The notes beneath the pieces were generated by a model. The model was not told the DNA's origin and ran no database searches. It saw only the letters and a program-made list of their open reading frames with translations. From Octopus sinensis (Eukaryota), in NCBI RefSeq assembly GCF_006345805.1, contig NC_043002.1:53506001-53570000 (forward strand): DNA of 64,000 bases, in the 5' to 3' direction. Below are positions 50,101 through 64,000 of the stretch, piece after piece (positions within the stretch are counted from its first letter, which is position 1; each line of letters opens with the position of its first letter). A program made the translations under genes and the position numbers.

Positions 50101-51459
50101 ATTGAATAGCGAAAAGTATATTTTTTCTTAACTGAAGTAAGTTTTTTTTTTCACATCATCTATCACTTAACGCATCCGCATAAGTGCAATCCCGTGAAAT
50201 ATTCATGCTTATTTACATGGCAGATATATGCAATTTAACTAAAGGTTGTATCATATGTACGGGATATTTTTTCCTTCGTAGGAAACATGGAAAAATGAGA
50301 GGGAATATTTATTTTATGAGTGTTGTGTATTAAGTCTATACAATTGTGCATAAAATATATAAAGTGTACATATATAATGTGCATTAAGTAATCATCGTAT
50401 TCCAATTTCTTACAGCTTTCAATGGCTATCAGATGAGCAACTATTTTTCAATGCTAACACAAAACATGCTACACTTTCAGGTATTTTGGATAAAGTTTTC
50501 AGAAATAACTCAGTGGGTCCCGTTAGTCAAGACATAAGCAACTGTTTTAATGAACGAAACTATTTAGCTGAGTCCATTTCAGATTCGAATGCAAAGCTCT
50601 AAATCTCAATTGAATATCTGCAATCAATCTAATACTATTTACTACACCTCCATCTCTTCGAAAGCTACTCGAAAAAATAAAAACAACAAAAAAACAATAA
50701 CATTATTATATTTTATTTTCCGTAGTCTCCTTGCTATTTTCGCTATCGTGTCCCAATAAACATGACATGCTGTGATTTATTGAAACATTTGTTTCGACTG
50801 GTAATAGGAAATCCGATCTCTGTCCATTTTGGCATGTGTAATTGTGAGAGGAAATTGCCGCATCCTGGTTTAAAAACGTCTTTCTTTCTTCCTTTCTCAT
50901 AGCTGTTTATGTTTATGAGGCTACGTTAGAAGAAACAAAAACATCATATATGGAATTGATATCCCTTTCTATCAAAACACGCTGATTATTAGAGAAATAA
51001 TGACAGCTGTTAAAAGATTATTTCATCACAATTCTATGTTGGCAAAGAGAGAAGAGGGAAATAATTTTCTGGTATTGTATCATGTATTCATTTCTGAAGA
51101 GGATGTTCTTCATTTATTTATAGTTGCAGAAGGATTTGGAGCCGTGATTAGTGTAATTTTAGATAAGTTTCTTTTGTACCTTTGTACCTTTGTGAGGGAT
51201 ATTCTCTACATACCACTTGATCAATCAACTCCAATGACTAGTTCTCTTTATAATAGCGACGAGAGACTGGCACCATATTCTAAGAGGGATCGATGCTCTA
51301 TAGAGTTTCTTAACCTTTTACTTTCCTGATGCATTTTGGAAAACATTTAAATAAAAAAGAAATATTGCACTGTTCTTTGAAACATATTCCCCAGCTTTTG
51401 TTTTCAGTGCTGTATTAGCAGTTTTGCCCGTAGTTTAGTGCTATATATTTTATTGAATA

Positions 51460-52254
51460 CCAGCAGTATTCCCCGGCTCGTGCGTTCTATGCACGCGCGA
51501 ATTAAGCTAAACTTGGATGAAGTTCAATCAAAATTCAATTATTTTGGTTTTAAAATCAAGCATTTAATGCCCTCTATTTTTGCGCTTATGTGTTCCATTT
51601 CCTCAATAGGAAGTACGTAGAAGCGTTTCATAAATTTTTGTTGATCAAATAATTGCATTGTTGAATTATTCTTTTAGATCAGTATTTCTCAACGGGGATT
51701 TCAGGGGAGAGTTTCAGGGAGTCGCTGGCGATGTATCGTGATGATCAAAAATCCGGCCTGCTAAAATTTGGTTAAAGTAATTCAAACTGCAGACTCAACG
51801 CAAAATGGTCACATTTAATTCAAATGTTATGAAAACAATTGGTATGTGTTCACAAAGTCCAAAAGATTAATACGGAAAAAACCCTCCAGGCTACATCCCG
51901 AAAATTCATTTCTTTGCCGAATTTCTACAATGTTTACGGCGATTCGTTTTTATATCTTGATTTTTTATTTTTCATGCAATTTACGCATGCTTGTACGCGT
52001 GGTGAACACAGTTCACGTCAAACAGCTGACTGAGTAAAGTTCACTATTCAATGCATGGGATAAGGCCTAAACAAACACATTGTCGATTTTTGCACTTGCG
52101 AGATGAATTTCGGAACAGAAATAGCGGAGTTCAATTTTCATTCGCCTAAACTTTAAGTGACCCATTTTTGGTGGTTCTACGATTTGTTGGCTAGGAGGAG
52201 ATGTGCCGGGAAGTTAAACACACAGACACACAAGTTGAGTTTTATATATAGAGA
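51460..52254 (-). mobile_element. Non-autonomous Helitron-like element, 795 bp
   Basis: Minus strand: A|TCTCTATATATAAAACTC... at the 5' end and ...CTGG|T at the 3' end (an A|T insertion site), with a subterminal hairpin CGTGC-N7-GCACG at 51479-51495 and (CA)-type repeats near the 5' end. Confidence 0.7.
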
Positions 52255-54355
52255 TTTCAAAATCAACAGATTTTTTCTTTACATTACTTTCTATGAAAAT
52301 TAACAAAATCACTCAAATCAGCCACCATTTTCATATTGCTGTGTTAAGGTCTTCTTCCATTTTCCCATAATTTTCGGACCTCAGTATCTAATCACGAGTT
52401 TCAATCAAATTTATTCTCTTGGTCATTTCATCTTTTTTGTTATCATCTATTTGTTTTCTGACCTCTCATAATCTTAATGCGACCCAAAGTTTAGGAGACA
52501 TTGTTTTAGATTGTAAAACTACAAGAAATTATGAGAAACATTATAAGCTCAAAATCGGTGAGATATTTTACTTTCATCTGCTCCACCTTACCAGAAATCC
52601 ATATGCAGCAAATATCGTTATCGACTTTAGTAAATATTCTCCAAAAAGAGAGAAATAGAAAAATTCGAATTAAGTACGATAATTTTTTTCTATATTCAAT
52701 TAATCTATTTTCATTCTGCACAAGACTACAATTGCATTGCATATAGCAGTGTTATTTCAAATATGAAATTGCAGGAGTTTTCCTAAATGTATAGATAAGA
52801 CTGTTTATTATTATTATAAAAAAATAACAATGTATATAGGATAAATGTGCAAAGGTGACATTCATGCTTTTATCGATTACATTATATATAAACCGTGCAG
52901 TCAGAAAGAATCTGTTTCAACTAGAAATCAAGCCCGCCTCGCAGTTTTACTTCCTTCGTTACAGAATTATCGTTTGCTATACAATTCTCATTTAACCCAT
53001 TGTTATCTGAAATAAATATAATAATAACAATTATAAAACACAAAATTTCTCCGAAGGTTTATCTACTGGGAGATCCGTGATACAGCGGACAAAATGATCT
53101 GCAGTATTTAGTTTTATTTCAATACGTTCTGAGATCAAATTAGCCTTCAATCTTTCTGGAATCGCTATGTGTTGAGGTTTAGTGCATATTAAAAAAAAGA
53201 CCCAATATATTTACTTTCTTTGTGGACCCTTTGCCTTCCTGTATATCATATTTTATGAACAGGACAATATGTTACATATTGCCAATTGTTTCGCTTACAG
53301 TGTAATTTGGGACTTTATATTATTCCGCACCTATGAAGCAAGAGCTAACTAAAATTCTGAAACAAGCATGTTGGACAGACAAATAGTTGACCAAAGAAGA
53401 GCATAAAAAGGCAGCTCCATGGAATATAGATGTTTTGAATATTAATTCCTCATCATGAATATTAGTTGTTATATGTACCAACAGCAGGTCAGCATGTGAG
53501 CGGGAAGTCGATGTTTACGTACCAGATAAAATGTTAATATGATAAAATAAAAGCATTTCAGATTGTTGGAAGCTATAGTATATTAACCGTATTATGTTTC
53601 ATGATGTTAAAAGAATATCCGTGAACTCGATGCTAATTGAATCAAAATAACTCAAACTCGAAAGTGATACTCTCAAAACTAATTCTATTTCATTAGAAAT
53701 AATTTGATACATCTTCGCAAAATGGCTATCGTATCAAATCAGTAACTACCATGTGGCTATTAAATAATAAGCTGAATCGATGCCTGTTGAAACTTACCTG
53801 GAGTAATTAGATTTTTTTTTTACTATGACTCGTTAATAGAGCGGTGAACTGAGGGAAACGAAAATGAATCGGATGAGATAACTATCGGTATTCAGTCAAG
53901 ACAATTTACGTTCTGCATGTAAATCAGTGGGGGGGGGATTTCCACCCTTATGGGATCGGAAAGATAACTACCAGTCGACTACTGGGATAAGTAAACTTAA
54001 CTATACCTATCTCCCAAAAATCGCGGTTTCGTGCCATTGTTACATACCAATATTGTAACAGCAATACGACATTGGATTAAACAAAATGAGCAGAATGGTT
54101 TATTATTTACGTTTGGGTTCATGTACTTTGTATTTCATTCTTCTTGCGTTTTATGTAGTGAGTAGCAAGAATGCATTCAGGCGTCGATTTGCATGACTGT
54201 AGCACATTCTCAACCTTTCTAGCAGTAAGCCGATGCCCTAATCTTATATTGTGCAAAACCAGCCCTGTTAATTTTAATCCTTGTTTCAATGTTTGCTTAT
54301 TAGTTTCAATATAACTTCAACTCCGATCATGCAACTGGAGAGTGATATTATAAAT

Positions 54356-54553
54356 GGTAATAAAGTGGGGAGCTGGCAAAGTGCTTAGCGGCATTTCGTC
54401 CGTAGTTGCGTTCTGATTTCAAATTCCGCCCAGGTCGACTTTGACTTTTATCCCTTTTAGGGTCGACAAAATAAGTACCAGTAGAGCACTGGGGCCGATG
54501 TAATCGACTTACCCCTCCCCCGAAATTGCTAGTGTTGTGCCAAAATTTGAAAC
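54356..54553 (+). mobile_element. SINE family B with a 13-bp target-site duplication
   Basis: TSD TGATATTATAAAT at 54343-54355 and 54554-54566. Confidence 0.85.
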
Positions 54554-55449
54554 TGATATTATAAATAATGTTAAAGATTAAGAATTTTTGAAATACACGT
54601 TTTCTTTTCCTCGTATGTTTAACTTAAGGATATATGATTCAAATATATTACGTAATAATTGCAGCATCCGCTTGTTTTGTGATAACGTAAACATCTACAG
54701 TGGGAATATATATATATAATTATGGAAAATTTACAATGTTAGATTCTTAAGGGAATTTATCCGAAGAAACAAATGACTACCATTAATTGAAGGGCTATAG
54801 CTGACGAAGTTAGCAACACTGTACATTATTGGTTCACATTATATTGATCCTGAGGGCATATCAAATTGGAACTTCTTTCCTTGAGCCCTCATGTTCTGAT
54901 AGAACCATAGGAGGGCCCGACAAGACACAGAGATTCTCGAACATTTTAAAACATGACGGAGCCTATCCCATTTTTGGTCTGACCAGAAGTTGATTTCTCC
55001 AGAAAGAATGAAAGGGCAATGATGAATATGGCAGGATTTCAATTTATAGTGTAAAAATTGGAACGAATACACTTGGCATTCGATCCGATTCCCTAGCAAC
55101 ACAGAAATTTCATCACCTATAAGCCGGGAAATTGAGTAATATGAAGCTATACTCTACAAGTTCATTTGTTGACATTGTTGCCGAACCTCAAGCCAACTTT
55201 CATGAAGTAGGTTTGAAATGAAATGCCTTTCACCTTTTACTATTCTATATTTTTAATTTTTAGTTGTTATGTGCATGGGAGTAACTTATGCAATGCAGAC
55301 TTCTGTTTCACAAAAATATGGTACGATTTGGAGTAAATTTGTCTACCTATTACCAGTAGGTCAAACAACTACATAGACAATCACTCAGTTCATTGAGTGT
55401 AACCTATCTGGTCACTCGGAAATATCAACTGCCTTCAGCACTCTGAATT

Positions 55450-55720
55450 ATTAAACCTATTAAAGAATATGCTACTGTATAGATGATATATAATAATGCA
55501 GCTTGCAATCTTTTCGAAAGGCAAATGAAAGGTCGCTTGGCAAATAGATCATTGTGTTTTGCATTATAATATATATCAATATGATAATAAAATATTTTTG
55601 ATCCTACCGCATGCCAATCAATATTAGTGCATTGAAAATCAGCTATAAGAGGCTTTCTATGCTTTCCACTCTCAGTTGTTGAGCTTGGAAGTTTAATTGA
55701 GGATGTTATGTATAATGTCA
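55450..55720 (-). mobile_element. LINE APE endonuclease remnant (CR1/L2-like)
   Basis: KPLIADFQCTNIDW (cf. xxxGDFNxPxIDW). Confidence 0.45.
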
Positions 55721-56483
55721 CATAAAGAAATATAGATATTTTCTTTCACATAAGCTCAATCTTTCACATTTAGTTTCTATCCTTTTTTCTTGATTTCGCT
55801 TTCATTTTTCTCTTATCTAATACGCTAAAATGATCGAGTGGCAGAATATTAAATGTTGGTTTATATACATCTATGTATGAATGCGCATAAACATGACTGT
55901 ATATATACATGCATTTATACAATCTATATATACACGCATAAATAAGCAAATGGGTTTCCGTCTGTTTTGACGATAATGATTCAGCTTTACGTTGGATTGA
56001 ATTACCTGCTCCTGAATTGTCGTGTAAGTAGCGGAATATTCGGCATATACATACACTTTTAACGTAATTCTCAGGTAGAATCAGGGTGACACGAGGTGTG
56101 ACTATGCACTAGTTTTGAAATATATATCACAATCTATAACACCAGCTTTTGCAATCGTGTGTGCCTTTCCGGTTTCACTCACAAAGCATAGAAAGATACA
56201 AAGTAATAGTAAAAGACACTTACCCAAGTTGCCACGTGCCAGTTTGGGCTGGCATCTTTCATCTTTTCTTCGCTACCATGTTCGATTCTAAGTGAGAACT
56301 CATGATTGGGATGTTAACCTCTTTGTCTTATTTCCATATTGCGACCGCATAGCTGCATGTATGCATACGTACATACAAACACTAGCTCAGATACGGACAC
56401 ACATGCATCCATCTATACATAACTACATGCATATACACTGACAAACTCATTAGCATAAACATTTATATGCATATCATACACAC

Positions 56484-56522
<39 letters not shown>

Positions 56523-56523
56523 T

Positions 56524-56870
56524 GAGTGGCTGTGTGGTAAGTAGCTTGGTTTCTAACCACATGGTCCCGGGTTCAGTCCCACTGCATGGTACCTTGTGAG
56601 TAGAGTTTGTAGACGGAAACTGAAAGATGCTCGTCGTATATTTACATATGTACATATCTGTGTCTTTGTTTCCCCCCAGCATCACCACTTGACAACCGGT
56701 GTTGATGTGTATACGTCCCCATAACGTAGCAGTTCAGCAAAAGAGACCGATTGAATAAGTACCAGATTTTCAAAATAAGTACAGGAGTTGATTCGTTCGA
56801 CTAAAATATTCAAGGCGGTGCCCCAGCATGGCTACAGTTAAATGACTTAAACAACTAAAAGATAAAAGAC
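56524..56870 (+). mobile_element. SINE family A variant with an internal deletion
   Basis: GAGTGGCTGTGTGGTAAG..GGGTTCAGTCCC..GGCGGTGCCCCAGCATGGCTACAG tail. Confidence 0.85.
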
Positions 56871-57802
56871 AACATATATATATAGTTATGCCATGTCTTG
56901 TTAAGAACGTAGTAGAGTACAGTATAAAGCTCGTCCACCTTCAGATTTCACCCGGTGCTATCCAATAGTAGTATTATACGTACTTCCACGTTTGCGTTTT
57001 TACATCTGTCGTGTGTGAACACACAATTTTAAAAATTGGTGTCAACAAGGAGTGCGGTTGGACATGTATTTTATAATCACTATAATTGTTTCTACGCAAT
57101 GCAGTTCTCCAGGCGTGCAGTTAATTGACTATGCAACTGCTTCCCTGCATTATGAGATCTAGTTGTGTTTCCTCAGGCGATACGTTAATATTATTTCCGT
57201 AAGTTCAAATTCTCGGCTTGAAGAACATCCCCTCTGTCTGTCGTAGCCTGTATTTAGTAGTTTGCACTGGGTTTTTCAGGGGTTTTTTATGAAGGATCGT
57301 CAGCAAACTGATTTACATGCGTCGATGTAGTGAGATGGTGATTATGCTACTATTAAAATAGTTGCCGTTTTAAAGGTTTTGACATTTGATTTCTTTGTAC
57401 TGTTGATTTGTTCTTCATGGTTGGTTAAATATGCGATTGTCGTTAGTTGACCTTTAAGATTCGGCTTATATGTACACATACATGTTGGTTCACCTGTACA
57501 TCCATATGCCTACTGACGCTCGCACATATACACACACGCGCGCACATGCATACACACATAAACATATAGAAATATATGTACATACATACATACGCACGCA
57601 TATACATACACAGATGCTCGTGTGTGTATACACACACGCACACACACACACACATATATATTTACATACATACATACATATGTAAATACATGCATTCATG
57701 CACACAAAACACACGGATAGGCATGCATACGCATGAATAGAAATAAAAGCCGACGCACACACATGGAAGGGGAGAAGGTGAGAGTTCATGGAATTGTTAT
57801 TA

Positions 57803-58580
57803 CTATTTCACTGTGTTGAATCTTGTAAAAGCATACTTGACGCGGTGGCAGCATCTTGGTGTTTTCTTAGCATGCTTGTTTACCAAGTTTCTGTAACTTA
57901 ACAGGATGCATAAGGCTTCCTCGAGGCACAGGTAACATACACCGGATAGTGTATTATATGGGTGTGCATTTTTTATTATTGACCATTCTATTTCATATAT
58001 CGTTTTTCCTTTTTTTAATCTCCATATTAGGTCCGCTAGTGATGCTGTGTGTCACCGGTTTATCCTTCAGAATGAGGAGATATGGTTGCGATAAGGGATC
58101 TCCAATTGATTTTCGGACACTCCCATGTATGCGCATTTTCGTTGTGGTGTTGTGACTGTGCATTTGTATATGTGATTTTTTGCATGCATTGGTTCCTGAG
58201 CGGAGATGCAGATTTCTTGCGGCAGCTGCAATTATTTGTACTATTATTATTTTTGTAGTTATTTGGTAGTTATTTTGTAGTTATTTGCTTTTGTTTTTGA
58301 GATGATCCTGTTGATCAGAAGTGTTTGAAATGTCCTTTTGTTATAATCCGTTTTATTGATTCTCTTTTGAGTTTTTATTTGAATTCTATTGTAACTACCC
58401 ATGCTTTTGTGGCCCTATTGTGTTTATTTTTGTTATTGCTCCTATATCTTCTGTTGTTTTGAGCTCTTTGTTCCTTGTCGGTTGTCGTTGTTTGCATGTA
58501 TATATTTTATTGTTGAATTTGCGTATGCAGTAGTCCATGTTGTATGCGGTGTACGATACTTTCTTTGTGTGCTTGCTGAA
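57803..58580 (-). mobile_element. Penelope-like element fragment (linker and GIY-YIG endonuclease)
   Basis: NNCSCRKK..PLRNQC..HIYKCTV..AYMGVSEN..YRNHISSF..LADLIWRLK..IEWSIIK..VCYLCLEEA..CCHRVKY, with stop at 57803-57805. Confidence 0.85.
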
Positions 58581-58584
58581 GCCA

Positions 58585-58775
58585 CTACGCCAACAATCTT
58601 ATCCTAGGGAAAGGCAAAGGCTGATACAGCTCTTGGCACCTGTGACGTCGCAACTCATTTCTACAGCCGAGTGAACTGGAGCAACGTGAAATAAAGTGTC
58701 TTGCTCAACAACACAGCACGCAGCCCGGTCTGGGATTCGAACTCATAACCTCGCGATCGTAAGCCATGCACCTTC
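58585..58775 (-). mobile_element. SINE family C
   Basis: GAACTGGAGCAACGTGAAATAAAGTGTCTTGCTCAA..GGGATTCGAACTC. Confidence 0.75.
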
Positions 58776-58845
58776 ACATATACTCTATATATTACATATA
58801 TATATGTATGTATATTATATTATATTATATTATATTATATTATAT

Positions 58846-58891
<46 letters not shown>

Positions 58892-58994
58892 ATTATATTA
58901 TATTATATTATATATTATATATATATATATATATAATATATATATATATATATGCACATATAACTACAGAGTAATATTCAGCAATTAACTAATA

Positions 58995-59118
58995 ACAATG
59001 AAGAAGAAGAAGAAGATGAAGAAGAAGTAATAGATGAAGAAGAAGAAGAAGAAGAAGAAGAAGAAGAAGAAGAAGAAGAAGAAGAAGAAGAAGAAGAAGA
59101 AGAAGAAGAAGAAGAAGA
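58995..59118. repeat. (GAA)n microsatellite
   Basis: Seen directly. Confidence 0.95.
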
Positions 59119-59677
59119 TAAAAAAACAACCACAATTACAACCAATAACAACAAGCGGCGGCGAATAGAGAGCATAGTTTAGGAAACTCCTCTGAGAACT
59201 TCGCTTGTCATTTAAACATATAAAGCAAATCCTAGGGAGACTTTTATATCTCAGACAGACGTTTGCCACATTCCTATTATTAATTATCAGCCATAGTTAA
59301 TACATCTTCACTTCTACATCTAACTCAGCTTCATTTAATGACATGAAAATAATCATACGAAACCATTTTCTAAAACCGTGATTATTTTACCTTTTGACAG
59401 GACGCTGTCAATGTAACAAATCTTTCTTTTGAGATGTTATTTTCTTTTCCATTTTGTGTTCCTCTTCCTTTATGTTTGTTTAGAAATATACATTCAGGTA
59501 TTTTTCGTTATTCGAATTTTCAAAGGTATCGTCTTTTATGTTCTTCTCTTCATCAGTATTGGTGTATTGACTTAATATTTAGCTATAAATTTATTTGTTG
59601 CAGTTATTATTGATATTATGGTTATCGTTTCTATATTATTGCTGCTGTTGTCGATCTTCTTCTTCTTCTTTTTCATC

Positions 59678-59679
<2 letters not shown>

Positions 59680-59734
<55 letters not shown>

Positions 59735-59768
59735 TATTATTATTATTATTATTAATATTATATTATTA

Positions 59769-59810
<42 letters not shown>

Positions 59811-59884
59811 CATCATCATCATCATTATCATCATCATTTTTATTATTATTATATTATTATTATATATTATTATTATTATTATTA

Positions 59885-59964
<80 letters not shown>

Positions 59965-59990
59965 CATCATCATCATCATTATCATCATCA

Positions 59991-60058
<68 letters not shown>

Positions 60059-60115
60059 CATCATCATCATTATTATTATCATCATCATTATTATCATTTT
60101 TATTATTATTTTTAT
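59680..60115. repeat. Long compound (TAT)n/(CAT)n microsatellite
   Basis: Seen directly. Confidence 0.95.
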
Positions 60116-62439
60116 TAGTCAACTAACAATATGTTCTCGAATGCTCTCGAGTTTTTTTGTGTCTATTCATATATCCACACAAATTTAATACTAATACTGT
60201 TTTTACCTCCAGTGGCCTGATTAGTTCTTTTGTTTGTAACCTCACAGGGGCACAATGTTTTTTAGCAATATTCAGGAATATTTGTTTTCGGGAACAAAAT
60301 GTTCAAATGATGGCAGAAAGTAATTTTCGAAGGAAAGTGTAACAGTTCACTCAATAGACCAATACTTCCTCTCCTCAAAATACAAAGACTAAAAGAGACT
60401 ATACGAGTAGGAACAACCGCAACAGTGATAGCTACAACAACAAGAATAAAAAAGCATACCAAACAAAAAGAACAACCAGTTATCCAGCAGCACCATCACG
60501 ACAACAGTCGCAGTTAGCAAAAATAGCAGGGACAACAATAACAATAATAAAACACTATGTAAATGTCTATATCGAGAGAATTACCCAACATCATCAGCAC
60601 CTCTCGTATGACAATTTATATTGTTGTTTACCAAGAATTGTTGTGTTCACCAAGTTCGGGATAAAATGAATTATTCCAGTATCATTTATTATTTAAAGAA
60701 AAAGGCATTTTTGTTTCCCGTTTTCCATTCCGGAATATAAAAGAAAGGCTTTTAGATTATTGAATCCGCCCTCATTTCCTCAAAGCGATAAAAAAATTTT
60801 CCTTTGACATTTTTTGCTCAAACTCAATATATTTCTATCATCAGCCATTAGAAATATATATTCGCGTTGCATGATTGTCATCTCAGAGATGACAGGAAGA
60901 TGTGCTCGTCATAGTGGTCGTTGAAGCCATAGGCCTCAGTAACGTAAACAAATGCATTCGGAAATACTTTCAAACACGAAAACATTTACAAAAAGAAAAA
61001 AGGTGAGAAAGAAAAAAAAACAAGCAGACCAGTATTCAAACACAAACAGGTGGATAATGGAAAACAGGAAAATAGATTGTCAATGAAAAGTATTAATTTA
61101 AATGAGAAACAAGATATGAAAATGTTCGGTATAAATAAAAACAAGGCAATATAAACAGTAACGATATCAGCACCAAAAAAAACAATACCAACAAAACTTT
61201 AACTTTTGCGATAGTTATTTTACAGGATGTCCTCGATAAGAGGCGACCATAGCAAAATGAAAATTTGGGGAATAGAGATCTTCTTCTCCCCTATGAAATT
61301 TTCTCTCCTGCATAACAAGAGTTTCCATATACGCGAAGGTGGAGAGGGAGAGAGATCTGAGTGTCGATTTTGTCGGTGGTGTGTTTCTTAAAATGATTTA
61401 GGATTATGTGGAAGCACTTATCTATTCTTTAAGATTGAGGATGAGACGAGAAGACAGGTACAACTGGTTCTCCACACGGCTGCCTAAAAGACTGACTCTG
61501 CAGTAAAGTAAAAGGGGAATAAAAAAAGTCATGAACAGATACATTGCATGTCATTACTTTTGAGATACTGTGCGGAGAGATGGTGACAATGGAAATGATA
61601 TAAAGACATGTGTTTGGATGTGGTCTTAATGGTTCTCCATGTTTTGGAGATCTTCGAAAGGCAACAGTATTACGTAGTTATATTACATTGCAGAGAATAG
61701 TAGTACAAGGCAGAAAACTCAGTTGCTTCACATGTGGTCGTAATAACTACCTGGAAGCTTTCTTCCTAGAATAACAAAAACATGCATGTATGTACCGACA
61801 CCTTCGCTCCTCATATAACTAAAGCACATATTACTACAAATTCTTATCAAATAATGAAGCGGAGTTAAAGATTAGAAAATAGTCAACCGTACTCTTCGGA
61901 GAAAAGAGAAGGGGAGCGATTAAAGAGTGTGGTTCTTCTGTATTAGAAGGAGAAAAGTCGGCGGTCCTCTAAAGAGCGCGCAAAACAGCCACAGGTGTCC
62001 ACTAGTGGCACCACAATATCAGCAATGTTAAAAGCAAAAACACAAAATCCTCAGCAAAACAGCAGAAACACAAACAAAAGAATAGTTCACAAAATCAGGT
62101 ATATGTGCACCTACAACAACCTGAACAACATCAGTTGCAACAACACGCTTAGACATTCCTTCGCTTCAATTTTCACCAAAATGTGGACATTGAGATTGAG
62201 GACTTTATCCTCAAGTGACAGAGGAATACAAATCAGTTGAGAGAACACAGACCAACATTTCTCGGAGGCGGTAATCGACTGGTTTCTAGTGAGAAATTCC
62301 CACATGACGCGGATAGCTTTAAAGTGAAAATTGTTTATACAATACTGCAGAGAACTGTTTAGAAAGCATAAAAACACAAACTGTACGATTGACTCAAATG
62401 TTGAGTAACTACAATGTTTCCTTCTTTGTGCCGCCAACA

Positions 62440-62720
62440 TATGAGCACTGCAAACTGGATGCGAGCATGTGCGCAGTCTAGAATCGCCTTGGAAATAGTA
62501 CTTACTTAACTAGCACAGGTCACAAGCTTTAGATTTGATAGCTACCAGTGAGACAAGGATTTTTGGGACATCTTTTATTGATGAAGGAGAATAATATGTA
62601 CAGAAAGCTTTTCGTGCTGTAACCATGTGAACAATTAATTCCGGAGGAATTTTAACTGTGATTATGGACAAAACCTAGAATATACCGGTTGGCCATTTTA
62701 CCAAATGATATAACCTATTC
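62440..62720 (+). mobile_element. N-terminal part of a LINE APE endonuclease (RTE/L2-like), decayed
   Basis: LQTGCEHVRSL (cf. LxIGTWNVRSL), LDLIATSETR (cf. DIxAxSETR), SGGI; in-frame stops present. Confidence 0.55.
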
Positions 62721-62752
62721 GAGTTAAATGCAGTTATTTACAGTGCGGTATT

Positions 62753-62754
<2 letters not shown>

Positions 62755-62790
<36 letters not shown>

Positions 62791-62819
62791 GACACACACA
62801 CATACACACACACACACAC

Positions 62820-62863
<44 letters not shown>

Positions 62864-62870
62864 GTATATT
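62755..62870. repeat. (CA)n/(TA)n microsatellite
   Basis: Seen directly. Confidence 0.95.
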
Positions 62871-64000
62871 TATATACATAAACACAACAATATAATCAAT
62901 ATAAACACATGCATACATATATATGTATATGGATATGCATATGCATATGTATGTGCATCAAAAAGATGTGTTTATGTGAGTATATGTATATATTGATATA
63001 GAAAAAGAAATGAAAATGAGGAGGCGATATTATCAATGACGTCTTAAGCTGACATAACCCATGCGTTGTTTTATGCATAATTCATCGACTAAAATATAAT
63101 AGACAAAGAAGAATTAGGAGGCATGTTAAACTTTTCAATGACAGAATTCTGGCTATTAAAAAATTTAGCATGGTTTTTTATGGTACTTTGGTACTTTTGT
63201 CCATCAAATGCAGAATCAGTTGAATATGCATGTAGCCAAGTGCAGCGCTTGGATTATGCCAGTATATTTGAAACGCGTGCAAGCTAAATAAATAGAATTT
63301 AATAAGCGTTCGACCTCGGATTTACAAATTGTGCCTGTCATATGGATTGATAAACAATTTAGTTAGCCGGGCAGGATTTCTACAAAGTGCTTAAGGAGGG
63401 AGGCATGCGCCTGGTTTTAGTCTCTTTTTCTTTCCGCACCTAATAACTTATAAGCATCTAATTATTAAAATGGAAAAATATAAAAGCCATTGCTATTCAT
63501 TTTTACACACACACGCATACACGCACACACAAAACACAAATGTGTATGTATGTATATATAATTCGACTGTAAAGTAACAGAAAATGACTCTAGAGTCGAG
63601 AGATTCATGCACTAAAACCAGAATGCATGTAGCTCTAGTCTTTTGAACGATTTGCGTGTTTTTCAGCCGAACACACCGAATATCCATATACGTACTCTTA
63701 CGTATTGAATTTTACATCTGTTGCTGGCTCCACCAAACCTATGCTTATATATAATAAAAGTGAAGTAAATAACAATTAAATTAGGGCTTACGAATGAGAA
63801 ACACAGAAAAGCGAAATATATTTTTAAATTGTCTGTAAAAATGATTATCGCATGTAAACAGAAAGGGAGAACAGAAAGCAAGCAAGAGAAGAAAAAGAAA
63901 GCTGAAGGTAAGAAATATATTGAAAGAAATGCGTAAAAGAAAACCTGAAAATAAAGGTGAAAACACAATCCATCATGCACAACATTTGTACTGTTAAGTT

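Noticed and set aside
59500-59560. Minus-strand CUGAUGA...GAAAA as a hammerhead
   Set aside because: No helix II or III pairing.
61230-61480. CR1-like linker remnant on the minus strand (HNPKSF)
   Set aside because: A single short motif is insufficient to call.

Overview
AT-rich, microsatellite-dense eukaryotic DNA made up almost entirely of decayed mobile elements. The SINE families resemble those I recall from cephalopod (Octopus-type) genomes; this taxonomic call is an inference from sequence recognition, not a search. I found no confidently intact host gene, and most entries in the ORF track are translations of microsatellites. By-eye translation supports: a decayed hAT transposase, a dead Tc1 fragment, a full-length ~1.27-kb mariner with TIRs, MITEs, a non-autonomous Helitron, CR1/L2/RTE-type LINE fragments, R4/Dong-type (RLE) LINE 3' ends, four or five Penelope-like element (PLE) loci, and more than 25 tRNA-derived SINE copies in at least three families (A, B and C are my local labels). 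The most interesting signal is RNA-level. Two well-formed type I hammerhead ribozyme motifs have palindromic helix III and long helix II insertions (38801-38914, 20223-20305). A dispersed repeat carries an atypical minimal hammerhead-like core, CUGUAGAA, shared by two copies (12414-12452, 35280-35317). Other observations: a SINE/CR1 shared 3' tail, a (TAA)n-embedded element, head-to-tail SINE arrays with a recurrent junction, and an ancient ~4.8-kb tandem duplication with codon-like conservation that may mark a decayed paralogous gene pair. All family assignments come from manual motif reading; none was confirmed by database search.
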